Shown here: positions 19,837-29,860 of the stretch, piece by piece
Layout of the letters: each line of letters opens with the position of its first letter
Position numbering within the stretch: position 1 is the stretch's first letter
Virus record (IMG/VR): IMGVR_UViG_3300023174_000034
Strand: one strand, 5' to 3'
DNA from: a virus
Lineage: Duplodnaviria > Heunggongvirae > Uroviricota > Caudoviricetes
DNA: 64,000 nt
Translations under genes and position numbers: made by a program
Notes under the pieces: model-generated
Seen by the model: the letters and a program-made list of their open reading frames with translations, nothing else
Told to the model about the DNA's origin: nothing
Database searches by the model: none

Positions 19837-20106
19837 GTGCTTAGGAAAACTAAGAGCATTTTAGAAGAACTTGACAGCCTTTTTGTCGATAAAGACAAAG
19901 AAAACGTGCTGGAAAGTCGTGCCGACCATGTTATACAAGGTGCAATCAACCTTATTAACACTATCCGCGAAAGCTACGATAGTGAGTCTGCTTCTGAATT
20001 AGAAAGACGTTTGCTCAATAGTATACGTGCTCAGGATCCAAAGAAATTTATTCGTGGAATCAGGAGAATACGTAGTGAAAGCCCATCATCTAACAACGAA
20101 GACTAA
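19837..20106 (+). CDS. hypothetical protein, probably late
   Basis: Follows TAAATA at 19812 and a GGAG RBS. Confidence 0.7.
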   Translation: MLRKTKSILEELDSLFVDKDKENVLESRADHVIQGAINLINTIRESYDSESASELERRLLNSIRAQDPKKFIRGIRRIRSESPSSNNED

Positions 20107-22537
20107 CCTAGTAGCAGAAGCGCATCCTATATACAAGGAAGCATACAATTTTGCTCGTGAGTTAAACAAGCTAACAGAAGGCAAGGATCTCAATCCGGGT
20201 GAACGCTTCACGCTGTTTACCAACATTGAACAAGCAATGACAGACGGCGGCGGCAATCGCACCATGATAGGCAAAGCTGGCGAAATGGCCAGCGTCGTTG
20301 GTGCCAAGATCAAAGGCCTGGCACAAGCACTACAAGACACTACACCAGTCAAGGGTGTGGATAGTATGTTTGATGACCTGAAGCGAAAAGCATCAGCCAG
20401 CATGGGCAAGAGCACACAAGGCTCTACTGTGCTTCGTGCGCTGGATCAATACAAACAAATTGTACAAAAACATCCAACTACCAGTAAGTTCTTCTGGGGC
20501 GTGGCCGGTGTACTGACAGGTTTACTAACTGGCGGCGCAGGCCCAGTTGTGGCACTAGGTGCTATCAAGATGATTGACAGCATGGTGCAAGGAAAACAAT
20601 TCAGCACATCAGTTGGTGCTGGCCTAGGTGCCGCAGGTACAGCACTAGGTGCAAAAGCTGTTGTGCAAGGTGCAGATGCTGCCGCACAAGGTATATCATC
20701 TGCCGCGGATGCAGTACAGCACGGCGTGAAATCAGCAACAGATGCTGTTCACAACTTTGACCCAAGCACACTAAACCCATTCCACAAGCCCACAGTAACA
20801 CCGGGTGGTGAAACAGTAGTACCGTCAACCGGTGGCACAGAAGTAGTGCCACCTAATGCCCCTGTTGCCCCTGGCGCAGAGACACAGGCTATTGCAATTA
20901 AAAAAGGTGACACTTTGAGTCAGTTGGCTGACAAATACAAAGTAAATCCTGATGAAATAGCAAAACTAAATCCGGGCAAGTTTGGCCCCAACGGTAATCC
21001 TAACGTGATTAACCCGGGTGATCAAATTGTATTGCCAAAGAATATTGATGCCGCTGCCTACAAAGGTGCGTACCAAGGCGACAATGCCATGACAGCGCAG
21101 AATATTTTGAACAAGCAACAGGCAGGCCAATATGGTGCAGATGGTGGTATGGCCGCCAAAGCTGTTGCCAATGCCAAAGCAGGTGCAGGCAAAGCAGTAG
21201 CAACCAAAAGTGCTACCGCGCCTGCGCAGGCAGCAGCCGGAGGTAATGACATTATTGGTACCATTGCCAATAAATCTGCACAAGCGGCCAAGGCTGCTCA
21301 AGGTGCCGTTCAGCGTGGCGGCGATATCATTGCCAATCGCCTGCCAGAAACTTTCAAGTTCAAAGCAGGCCGTGGTGTGTTAGAAGGAATCCAACTTATC
21401 ACATTGCCTACAGTTCTGATGGTAGACAAAGAGACCACGGTTCGCAAATGGGCACTGAATGAAAGTCTTGGACGCAAACGCAATTCAGTACAAATGAATG
21501 AAACTGGTGTGATGACACTGTTCATGAACCTACAACGTATCAGCGAAGCAGTCAACCCTGATCGTCCTGAAAGTCAAACGCCCGAAGCTGAAGCCAAACG
21601 CCAAGCCCGTGCTCAAGCTCGTGCTGGCAACACAAGTACCACAGCTGGCCCACTGGGTGGCCTGCCTGGGGGCAATGTAGGCGGACTAGCTACTGGTCAA
21701 GCACCAGCTGGAAATACTATGCCTTATCTGGCAGCAGATCCAGAAGGCAAGTTTGATACCAAGTACAAAGGTGGAACTAGCACAGGAGCATCAAGAGGTG
21801 TTGAAACTAGCCTGGGACGTGCGGGTAACTGGATCAAAGACAAGTGGAAAGATATGACCACTAAAGTCACTGCCGCTGGCCTAGAGCGTCATTGGAAAGA
21901 TGCAAATAGTCCTACAGACTCAGATCAAATTGCACAACAAGTGCTACAACGTCTAAAAGTTCCTAATGATGTGATAACACAAGTGTATCAACAACTGGGA
22001 TTGCCTGCACCTAACCTACCACAAGTTGCAACTGATGCACAAGGAAATGCACGTACTTACGCTGATGGCACAGTTGCCATGACAGGTGGTGCTGACGCTG
22101 GTGCCGCTGGCGGCGAAGCAGATGGTCAACAAGGTGGACAACAAGGTGGACAACAAGGTGGTGCCGCAGGTGGACAACAATCCCAAGCTGCCGTAAAACG
22201 TGAAATTGACCAAGAGATTGATGATATGATGAGATCATTGCTACGCATGGATAACCGTATGCAACCTGCAATGGTCAAGTACATTCGTGATAGACTAGAT
22301 CAACATTTTCCAGCAGCCGCTGCCGCACCGGTACCGCAAGCTACATCACAAGCCAGACCTGCACTAGGGCCACAAGCCGCAAATACATCAGGTACTGACC
22401 CACACACGATCCCGGCACCTGTTAGGACAGGCACCAACGAGTCACGCAAGCGCACATACGGCGGCAAGTACGTTAAAGAATCAGCTGATCAAAAGCTAGC
22501 ACGTGAGTTTGAAAACTTCTTACTCAAGCAGGAGTAA
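20075..22537 (+). CDS. large Ala/Gly-rich putative virion protein with LysM domain
   Basis: IAIKKGDTLSQLADKYKVNPDEIAKLNP...INPGDQIVLP is a LysM repeat; GTG start after AGGAG. Confidence 0.7.
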   Translation: MKAHHLTTKTNLVAEAHPIYKEAYNFARELNKLTEGKDLNPGERFTLFTNIEQAMTDGGGNRTMIGKAGEMASVVGAKIKGLAQALQDTTPVKGVDSMFDDLKRKASASMGKSTQGSTVLRALDQYKQIVQKHPTTSKFFWGVAGVLTGLLTGGAGPVVALGAIKMIDSMVQGKQFSTSVGAGLGAAGTALGAKAVVQGADAAAQGISSAADAVQHGVKSATDAVHNFDPSTLNPFHKPTVTPGGETVVPSTGGTEVVPPNAPVAPGAETQAIAIKKGDTLSQLADKYKVNPDEIAKLNPGKFGPNGNPNVINPGDQIVLPKNIDAAAYKGAYQGDNAMTAQNILNKQQAGQYGADGGMAAKAVANAKAGAGKAVATKSATAPAQAAAGGNDIIGTIANKSAQAAKAAQGAVQRGGDIIANRLPETFKFKAGRGVLEGIQLITLPTVLMVDKETTVRKWALNESLGRKRNSVQMNETGVMTLFMNLQRISEAVNPDRPESQTPEAEAKRQARAQARAGNTSTTAGPLGGLPGGNVGGLATGQAPAGNTMPYLAADPEGKFDTKYKGGTSTGASRGVETSLGRAGNWIKDKWKDMTTKVTAAGLERHWKDANSPTDSDQIAQQVLQRLKVPNDVITQVYQQLGLPAPNLPQVATDAQGNARTYADGTVAMTGGADAGAAGGEADGQQGGQQGGQQGGAAGGQQSQAAVKREIDQEIDDMMRSLLRMDNRMQPAMVKYIRDRLDQHFPAAAAAPVPQATSQARPALGPQAANTSGTDPHTIPAPVRTGTNESRKRTYGGKYVKESADQKLAREFENFLLKQE
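22127..22162 (+). repeat. 3 x 12-bp tandem repeat encoding QQGG
   Basis: CAACAAGGTGG(A/T) x3. Confidence 0.8.
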
Positions 22538-22539
22538 AC

Positions 22540-23313
22540 ATGCAGTTAACTGAAGGCGGCAATATTTGGCCAGATGTAGTGGACATCAAGAAAGAGTATG
22601 TTCCTGGCGTGTTGAAATTCGTGCAGGCCGCCCTGCCCAGCTTCAAGGTGGAGCCACACATTGGCTCTGCAGGTTTCAAGGTTGCAAGTGGGGACATGGA
22701 TTTGTTCCTAGACCAAGATCAAGTTATTGAAAAAGCCGGTACCAAGGACGATAAAAAAGACCCTGTAAAAGCAGCCAAGCAGTGGCTCGCTAATGCTTTG
22801 ACCGAAAAAACAGGCCTCCAGACCATAATGAAAGGGCGCAATGTACACATACGTGTGCCACTTCCTGATGGTACGTTTGGACAAGTAGACCTCATGGTCA
22901 TTCCAAATGCTACTGGGGTTGCACCTTGGCATCAACATGGACCGCGTGGTAGTTATGATGATCCTGACTTCAAAGGTAATGCCATATTCATCCTGATGAA
23001 CAGCATAGGTAAACCCCTAGGCTTGAAGTTTGATGCATTTAGTGGTAACCTGCTACGACGCGACAACAATGAACCGGTTGCCGGCCCGGATCGAGATTCT
23101 GTTGCAGACAAGTTAATTCCTGGTGCAACAGGAGCAGATTTCAACAGCGTAAAGAGTATCATAAAAGCACTGGCTGATGATCCTCAACGTGATCTTAAAC
23201 TGGCACAGGCTCGCGATGACGCTGCCAAGGGCATACTTAATTTGCACGAGCCAGTTGCTGAAGGTTCATCTACATGGTTCCGCCAGATGCAAAATATTCT
23301 GGTAGATCAATGA
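22540..23313 (+). CDS. Pol-beta-superfamily nucleotidyltransferase-like protein
   Basis: HIGSAG...GDMDLFL...QVDLM (GS, DxD, third Asp). Confidence 0.6.
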   Translation: MQLTEGGNIWPDVVDIKKEYVPGVLKFVQAALPSFKVEPHIGSAGFKVASGDMDLFLDQDQVIEKAGTKDDKKDPVKAAKQWLANALTEKTGLQTIMKGRNVHIRVPLPDGTFGQVDLMVIPNATGVAPWHQHGPRGSYDDPDFKGNAIFILMNSIGKPLGLKFDAFSGNLLRRDNNEPVAGPDRDSVADKLIPGATGADFNSVKSIIKALADDPQRDLKLAQARDDAAKGILNLHEPVAEGSSTWFRQMQNILVDQ

Positions 23314-24329
23314 AAATACATGAATTTATCAACGAAGGCGGGTGGGATACTACAGTAACACAAGGTACTGTGATCAAGCCTGCGGTGGTTAAAATTGCAC
23401 TAGGTGTTGTGCAGAAATTTGTGCAAGACTTCAATGCATGGCTAGAACAACAAGGATCCAGTCCAGTACAAATGGGCACACCAACAGGTTCTAGTGCGTA
23501 TCATGAACGTGATACACAAAACGATCCAGACAAAGTGTACGGTGACATTGATCTGCAGATGATTGCTCCTCCTGTAGAAGGGCTAACATACGGACAGTTT
23601 ACTGGTCACTGGAACAAACTAGCAGACGAGTTTGTTAAAACAACAAATCCTGGCTATGTACATCCTGTGGAAAGCAAGCCAGGGCATCCTATCATTCAAA
23701 TAGGTGACGGCGCATTTGTACAAGTAGACTTCATGTGGCATGAGCCCAAGATGCGAGCCTGGGGTGCCGCCCGTGTTACTCCAGAGCATGGTGTCAAAGG
23801 TCTACTGACAGGCAACATGTGGAGTGTGTTTGGCGAACTGCTGGACATGAGCATACAACATGCTGGCGTACAGTTAAAGGTCATTGACAATGAGCGTGTG
23901 CCTTTCAGCAAACAAAAAGACACAGAGACTGTGACAGTATCTACAAATCCTGAATCATTTATCTACGATACATTCATGTACCTGGCACAGCAAATGGGGG
24001 TGGAACGACCCAAGATTCGTCCTGCACTAAAGACATATGGTGGTGTTAATATTGCTGATGTCAAGATTGGTAAGATGGTGCAAGGACTCAAAGCATTTGC
24101 TGAAAGCTGTGAAATCAATGGCATGTTTGGCCAAGGCGACCTAAAGAACTTTGGCTCAGCGCAAGATTACTTAAATAAGTTTTGGGCACGGTATCAAGAA
24201 AAAGCCATGATAGACATCGCAGGCAAGAAACGTGACAAAGCGCAAACTCCAGATGCTATTGCTAGAGCTGACGCAGATAGAGCAAAAATACAACAGGGCC
24301 TTGACATGGTGCAGGGCTATTTCAGATGA
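23310..24329 (+). CDS. Pol-beta-superfamily nucleotidyltransferase-like protein (paralogue)
   Basis: PTGSSA...YGDIDLQM...QVDFM; start re-set to ATG 23310. Confidence 0.6.
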   Translation: MKIHEFINEGGWDTTVTQGTVIKPAVVKIALGVVQKFVQDFNAWLEQQGSSPVQMGTPTGSSAYHERDTQNDPDKVYGDIDLQMIAPPVEGLTYGQFTGHWNKLADEFVKTTNPGYVHPVESKPGHPIIQIGDGAFVQVDFMWHEPKMRAWGAARVTPEHGVKGLLTGNMWSVFGELLDMSIQHAGVQLKVIDNERVPFSKQKDTETVTVSTNPESFIYDTFMYLAQQMGVERPKIRPALKTYGGVNIADVKIGKMVQGLKAFAESCEINGMFGQGDLKNFGSAQDYLNKFWARYQEKAMIDIAGKKRDKAQTPDAIARADADRAKIQQGLDMVQGYFR

Positions 24330-25459
24330 AAATAACAGAAATATTTGCACGTAAACCACAAGTGATCAAGGAAGGCATTGTGCATCCTGAGGATGCTATT
24401 TGGACTGACGGCATTGCTGGCGCACAACAGGCCATTGCAGGCCTTGCTGCCATGGCACAAGGTAAAGAACTTACTACCATCAAGTGGGACGGATTCCCTG
24501 CACTGGTGTTTGGACGCAACGTGGACGGACAGTTGATGGTAATGGACAAACACATGTTTGAAAAGAAGTCCGGCGAAGGCCGTGTTACCAGTGCTGAAGA
24601 ATTCCAACAATATGACATCAACCGTGGTGCTGACCGTGCTGACTTGTACGGCAAGATAAACCTGCTATGGCCGGCACTGGAAACCATCATTCCTGGCAAC
24701 TTCAGGGGCTTTTACTTTGGTGATTTGCTGTACGCAGGACGCCTACAGCCCACGGATGGCTTCTATGTATTCAAGCCCAACACAGTTACCTACAAGGTTC
24801 GAGCAGACAGCGACATGGGCGCACGAGTCGGTAATAGTGTGGCAGGCATTGCTGTACACAGTTTTATTCCCAGCATTGGTGAACCAGATCAGCCATTAAA
24901 AGGCACAGGCGGCTTGCCCAAAGACGGTAATCCAATTTGGTTTGTGACAGGTGAAATGCCTGTGCCCAAGGTCAAGATGGACAAGACCGCAGTGGATGCG
25001 GCCAATGCAGAAGTTAAAAAATACAACCAAGCAGTCACTGACTTCATTGGACAACTCACGCTAATGAAAGCCAAAGGCATCATTGGCTTGGCCAGCAAGT
25101 ACATTACCAGCAAGATCTCCGCAGGCAACTTTGATAACATGCTTGACGGCTTTTATGATTACCTTGGTAAAAATCTAAGTCCAACAGCGGCTGAAAAATT
25201 ACTAGGTGGTGGCAAAGGCTGGCTGTATGGTGAAGGCCAAACAGGCCTGCAAGGTATGTTTGCAGTCTGGGTTGCTATCTACAACCTAAAGATCAACATC
25301 AAGCAACAGATTGACGGACAGCAGGCCACAGGTGATATACAAGCCTTCACTGGCCAAGATCCTGGCCATGAAGGCTATGTTGTGGGTGGTGGCGCAGACA
25401 AGTTCAAGTTGATTGACCGACTGGGATTTAGCAGAGCAAACTTTGCTAAAAATGGCTGA
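24326..25459 (+). CDS. ligase-like covalent nucleotidyltransferase-fold protein (DUF6267-like)
   Basis: TIKWDGFPALVFG (motif I KxDG), FGDLLY, HEGYVV, KLIDR. Confidence 0.55.
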   Translation: MKITEIFARKPQVIKEGIVHPEDAIWTDGIAGAQQAIAGLAAMAQGKELTTIKWDGFPALVFGRNVDGQLMVMDKHMFEKKSGEGRVTSAEEFQQYDINRGADRADLYGKINLLWPALETIIPGNFRGFYFGDLLYAGRLQPTDGFYVFKPNTVTYKVRADSDMGARVGNSVAGIAVHSFIPSIGEPDQPLKGTGGLPKDGNPIWFVTGEMPVPKVKMDKTAVDAANAEVKKYNQAVTDFIGQLTLMKAKGIIGLASKYITSKISAGNFDNMLDGFYDYLGKNLSPTAAEKLLGGGKGWLYGEGQTGLQGMFAVWVAIYNLKINIKQQIDGQQATGDIQAFTGQDPGHEGYVVGGGADKFKLIDRLGFSRANFAKNG

Positions 25460-26010
25460 TGCTAGAGTTCATACAAGATCTCAAAGAAGCTAGGATGTTT
25501 CGTGGTGCAGGCGGACTGCGTGGGCAGTCAGCACATCAGCTGGGCAAGACCTTGTATGTGGCTTTGCTAGCACTAGAACTTGCTCGCAAAATAGATGAAT
25601 ATGCTGTGCGTAACTATGCCGTTAAAACCCTACAATTTGGCGACTTTGATAGTATGCGTATGGGCACCACAGACGTTGCAAACTTAGTGTGTATACTAAA
25701 CAATCAAAGCGAATACGAAGAAAAAATTCAAGTAGATTTTGATGTCAGCGCACCCATGCTACAGATCAACAGCTACATGCAGAACCTCAAACAACGTTAT
25801 TTTTCGTCTGGCATGGTACGTCAGTTCTTTCTTAATCTAGAAGCCATGCTACAAATCAACGACAGCACCCTATGGAGTGTGCGCCGCACAGTGATAGACT
25901 GGCGCAGGGCCACAGACATGGAAAAACGCATGGCAATTGATAATATACGCAGAGAAATACACCGACACTCTTTGCTGTTGGACATAGTGGAACTACTGCC
26001 AAATATGTGA
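25459..26010 (+). CDS. hypothetical putative virion protein
   Basis: MLEFIQDLKEA leader; coupled ORF. Confidence 0.6.
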   Translation: MLEFIQDLKEARMFRGAGGLRGQSAHQLGKTLYVALLALELARKIDEYAVRNYAVKTLQFGDFDSMRMGTTDVANLVCILNNQSEYEEKIQVDFDVSAPMLQINSYMQNLKQRYFSSGMVRQFFLNLEAMLQINDSTLWSVRRTVIDWRRATDMEKRMAIDNIRREIHRHSLLLDIVELLPNM

Positions 26011-26072
26011 GATTTTTGTCTCAATCATAAATATTTACAAGCGCATAGTCGCTATATATTAGGAGAAATAAA

Positions 26073-26516
26073 ATGGCTGTATTTAACAGAGTAAATGGTG
26101 ATGCACAAAACGTAAATTTCGTTGGTGGTGATGTCACAAGAAACGCAAACAGTAAAATTATCAGCACAGGCGTTGCTGGTCCTTTGAATGTTTATAATAT
26201 TGAAATCTTGGGTAACCTGGCAGCAGAGCTAGGCGGACCAAACGGTTCTGGTGTGGCCGGTGCAGTTGAGACATTGTTGAAAACAATTTCAAGCAATGCT
26301 TCAGTTCTTGCATATCAAGTCAACCCAGCTAACACTGGCACAGCAGCCGGCGCTTTAGGTGCTAGCATGACAGTTCTAGTAGAGCGTTCAGGTTGGACCA
26401 GCAATGCCGCATTGCAAACTGTTATTCGTACACTGGGTAACATTGGTAGCACAGGTACAGTTACAGCAACCAACGCAGAAGTTGTTGACACACACTTTGC
26501 TTATCGTCGTCCATAA
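26073..26516 (+). CDS. putative structural protein
   Basis: Own TAAATA (26028), strong AGGAGA RBS and terminator; G/A/T/N-rich. Confidence 0.6.
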   Translation: MAVFNRVNGDAQNVNFVGGDVTRNANSKIISTGVAGPLNVYNIEILGNLAAELGGPNGSGVAGAVETLLKTISSNASVLAYQVNPANTGTAAGALGASMTVLVERSGWTSNAALQTVIRTLGNIGSTGTVTATNAEVVDTHFAYRRP

Positions 26517-26535
26517 TCACATTCACCGTGACATT

Positions 26536-26560
26536 AAAAGCACCCCCGGGTGCTTTTTTT
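26536..26560 (+). terminator. Rho-independent terminator
   Basis: AAAAGCACCC-C-CGGGTGCTTTTTTT. Confidence 0.75.
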
Positions 26561-26576
26561 GTGACTAAATATCTGT

Positions 26577-27017
26577 ATGAGCACTATCCACGAACGAACT
26601 GTTATAGGTTATACATTGGTTGACATCACTGAAACCAAGATGATTCGTGACCTGGATGGAAAAGAACTAGAGCGTAATCAACAACGCAACTGGGAAACAG
26701 TTTTACAATGTATTGGACTACGAGCACAGCCACAAAACATGGCCTGGCGGGTAGACGAAGTATCATTGGAAAACTATGAGTTTGGCGATCTATACAAAGG
26801 TATCCATAAGGTATGGAGTTTTGCATTCACCACAGACTACCCTGGCGTGTTTGATGACGGTAAAGATCCTATAGGATTACTTGAAAGTGATTTTGATGAA
26901 GTACCGGTAGTCACATATCTATCTGAGACTGCACGGTTCTTGTTGCCATTGTTTTACACTGCCGGAGCAATCAAAAACATATATTTTATGATTCCGGACT
27001 CTGTCGTAAATACATAA
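26577..27017 (+). CDS. hypothetical protein
   Basis: ORF starting 5 nt after TAAATA (26566). Confidence 0.7.
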   Translation: MSTIHERTVIGYTLVDITETKMIRDLDGKELERNQQRNWETVLQCIGLRAQPQNMAWRVDEVSLENYEFGDLYKGIHKVWSFAFTTDYPGVFDDGKDPIGLLESDFDEVPVVTYLSETARFLLPLFYTAGAIKNIYFMIPDSVVNT

Positions 27018-27105
27018 TAGATGTAATAAGCATCATTGGCATTTCATTACGGCACATATCAAGGCTCATCAATCACAACATCTCAACATTAAGGAGTGTA
27101 GTCCT

Positions 27106-27363
27106 GTGGCGACTAACATAGAAAAGAATAACCTTGAGGCCCATGTGGAATTATGTGCGGAAAGGTATGATAAATTGGAAACTAAACTAGATAGTCTTGA
27201 AAAGAAAGTCGAGGGGTTAGAAACTCACGTCATTGAAATCAAGCAGGTTCTAGCAGGGGCTGGAGACAAACAAAGTAAACAAATAATTGCCATTGGTACT
27301 GCGATTATCAGTGTGTTAATCACTGGACTGATCACAGTCTTGGTACACTTTATAAACAAATGA
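27106..27363 (+). CDS. coiled-coil protein with C-terminal TM helix (holin/XhlA-like architecture)
   Basis: Heptad-like region followed by IIAIGTAIISVLITGLITVLVHF. Confidence 0.5.
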   Translation: MATNIEKNNLEAHVELCAERYDKLETKLDSLEKKVEGLETHVIEIKQVLAGAGDKQSKQIIAIGTAIISVLITGLITVLVHFINK

Positions 27364-27569
27364 AAATAATAGAGGTCATGGCTGGGCTACACATGCCCAT
27401 CACAAATGAAGAATCAGACCTCTTATCAAAATTCCATGAAGGAAACAGCGTGTCTCGCAAGGATCTAAATGAAAGGCAAATTGAAGTGGCCAATCATTTA
27501 GTCAACCGAGATGTACTGTATAGAAAGAATCAAGATGGGCGCATCACATACTACAAAAAAACGCCGTAA
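27360..27569 (+). CDS. hypothetical protein
   Basis: Coupled ORF. Confidence 0.6.
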   Translation: MKIIEVMAGLHMPITNEESDLLSKFHEGNSVSRKDLNERQIEVANHLVNRDVLYRKNQDGRITYYKKTP

Positions 27570-28128
27570 AAAACACAATCCACAACTAGCAGAAAGAGCC
27601 ACATTTCAAGCGGCAGTAGAAACCACAGCAGAGATAATGGCTCGGCTGTTGGAGAAATTCACTCGAGAAGAACTTACTAGACTATCAGCATCAAAAGAAT
27701 TTGTTTGCGTAGATCTAGCACGTAATTTATACAGAGTAGGACGGTTTAATCTACAAAAAGTTTCAGCAACATGTTGGATTGTAAAAGACTCAAACGGCAG
27801 GGTCATACACGAATTTTACAACTGCCAAGCGGCAGTGTTTTACTGCTTGTACGAAAGCAGATCATTGTTCAAGAGGGCACACGAATTTCTACAAACAGAT
27901 ATAGAACTAGGGCGCACTCACCATGAAGTCAACGAATATCTGGCACATCTACGTACGGCCATGCAGAACAAAGATAGCTTCAAGCAAGATCTCTACCTAG
28001 CAAGACTAAGCTGGGTAAAACCCAGGCTAGAACAGCTGGAAAGTAATCTACAGAAAAGTATTACCAGTGCTAAATACAGTAAAGTTTGGGAAACTAACAA
28101 CCATGAAACTGCAAGAACTCGCAACTAG
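27511..28128 (+). CDS. hypothetical protein
   Basis: 205-aa ORF; start uncertain. Confidence 0.6.
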   Translation: MYCIERIKMGASHTTKKRRKKHNPQLAERATFQAAVETTAEIMARLLEKFTREELTRLSASKEFVCVDLARNLYRVGRFNLQKVSATCWIVKDSNGRVIHEFYNCQAAVFYCLYESRSLFKRAHEFLQTDIELGRTHHEVNEYLAHLRTAMQNKDSFKQDLYLARLSWVKPRLEQLESNLQKSITSAKYSKVWETNNHETARTRN

Positions 28129-28810
28129 ACCAACATCACGTAAGATCAACAAGGTCAACGAAACCCGTTTTGGGTTCCGCATTGATTATGATGCTCTTAC
28201 AATCCGCAAAGCTCGCGCATTGAGCTCAGCCTTGTCAGAAAACCTGACAAAACTAAAACAAAGTTTTGGTGTACACACCGCTGAAAAGAATCCAAAGTAC
28301 ATGGAACTTATCATGGTGCGTGAAGGCCTTAATCGCTGGCTGGACGAAAATCGTCCGCTGACAGAAAGTGAAATCGCCAAGTCTGGCGCTATCCTAGCTG
28401 CCAAAGACATTGTTGACAGCTTCCAGGACATGTTGGAAGATATCAGCAAAATGCAAAACGAACAGATGCCAGCATTGCTGGACACTATTCGTGACCAAAT
28501 TGGCCAGCCACAAGCTGACTCATTCAAAGGTACTTTGACACCACTGTTGCAAGAACTAGTAGGTAGCCTACAACAAGCTCGTGAAACTGCTGATGCAGCC
28601 GCACGTACTTTGGCTGGTGAACAAGTTGCCGCACCCATGGGCATGCCAGGTGCCGCTCCGGGTGGTATAGGACCGGATGAGATGGCTGGTATGGCCGCAG
28701 GCGAAGTACCCGGTGGTATGCCTCCAAGCGATATGGATTCCGGTGACGAGTTTGCTGCCACAGATGCTGCCGCAGGTGGCGATGAGTCACTAGGCCGCGC
28801 AAAGCGTTAA
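28103..28810 (+). CDS. hypothetical putative head/scaffold-type protein
   Basis: MKLQEL leader, internal LTE, acidic low-complexity tail. Confidence 0.6.
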   Translation: MKLQELATRPTSRKINKVNETRFGFRIDYDALTIRKARALSSALSENLTKLKQSFGVHTAEKNPKYMELIMVREGLNRWLDENRPLTESEIAKSGAILAAKDIVDSFQDMLEDISKMQNEQMPALLDTIRDQIGQPQADSFKGTLTPLLQELVGSLQQARETADAAARTLAGEQVAAPMGMPGAAPGGIGPDEMAGMAAGEVPGGMPPSDMDSGDEFAATDAAAGGDESLGRAKR

Positions 28811-28813
28811 ACA

Positions 28814-29194
28814 ATGCGTATCCGTGAACTCCTGAGAGAGGACTCGGAAGGCGATCTCGTAGCACAGATTTTGACTGTGCTTGAGTTTTTGCGTAGTCGA
28901 GATCATAACAAGAAACTCCTGCCCAAGCATTCCACGGCAGGAGTTATTAACATGATAAACAACATGTCATCCGGCGCCATGGTGACATACGAATTACTAG
29001 ACCAACTGAAGAACAGCAACAAAACAATTGGTGCTCTTGTTACCAATATGGACCGCGATAGTCTGAGTCTTAAATCATTTGGTGACGAGCCAGGTGCACC
29101 ACAAGAGCCAGCAGACACAGGTTCGGGCAACTCTAAAGATCCAACAAATATTGTCAATGCAATGGCTAAAAAAGCCGCTGCCAATCGATCCTAA
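28814..29194 (+). CDS. hypothetical putative virion protein
   Basis: MRIRELLRED leader. Confidence 0.6.
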   Translation: MRIRELLREDSEGDLVAQILTVLEFLRSRDHNKKLLPKHSTAGVINMINNMSSGAMVTYELLDQLKNSNKTIGALVTNMDRDSLSLKSFGDEPGAPQEPADTGSGNSKDPTNIVNAMAKKAAANRS

Positions 29195-29233
29195 TCCATT
29201 GACATTGCATTGCCAAATGCTGTATAATATGTT

Positions 29234-29857
29234 ATGGACACCAACGAAATTGAAAATCTAAATTTTGAAGCCTTGTCATTTCCCAACATAGGGTATGCAA
29301 TAATGGAGGCTCCTGCCATTGTGATCCAGGAAGTTCGACAAGAACTGAACTTGATCATGTCCAAGCAAAAAAAGCCTCAGCCCTGGAATAAAGAATTAGC
29401 CGGACAGATCAAAGGTGAATTCCTAATGGAGTTCAGCGCCGAGGCTCAGGCCAAGCTAGTGGAAATTGGCAAACGGTTCATGCAAAATTACGACAAGCCG
29501 GGCATCCAAGCCGAGCATGAAATGAATCATCAGAGTGCATGGATCAACCTGCAGGTCAAACACGAATACAATCCTGTACACAACCACACTGGCAAACTGA
29601 GCTGGGTGATTTGGCTGGACATCCCTTACGAACTAGAACATGAACTTGAACTATATCCCAATGCCAACTGTCAGGATGTGAGCATGTTTTCGTTCACGTA
29701 TATAACAACCGTGGGCGACATTGCAACCCACCGTCTTCCTGTTGATAAAACATGGGAAGGACGCATGTGCATGTTCCCGTCACGTATGAGTCACTCAGTG
29801 GCGCCGTTTTATACCTCCGACGGTGTGCGTATCAGTATAGCAGGTAACCTAGGATAA
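29234..29857 (+). CDS. putative 2OG-Fe(II) oxygenase
   Basis: YNPVHNH...FPSRMSHSVAPF...RISIAGN; promoter TTGACA-18-TATAAT at 29199-29228. Confidence 0.7.
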   Translation: MDTNEIENLNFEALSFPNIGYAIMEAPAIVIQEVRQELNLIMSKQKKPQPWNKELAGQIKGEFLMEFSAEAQAKLVEIGKRFMQNYDKPGIQAEHEMNHQSAWINLQVKHEYNPVHNHTGKLSWVIWLDIPYELEHELELYPNANCQDVSMFSFTYITTVGDIATHRLPVDKTWEGRMCMFPSRMSHSVAPFYTSDGVRISIAGNLG

Positions 29858-29860
29858 CCA

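Noticed and set aside
22127-22162. QQGG repeat as a contingency locus
   Set aside because: In-frame 12-bp units in a low-complexity linker; copy changes would not switch expression.
27106-27363. Definite holin
   Set aside because: Only the architecture fits, and there is no adjacent endolysin or spanin.
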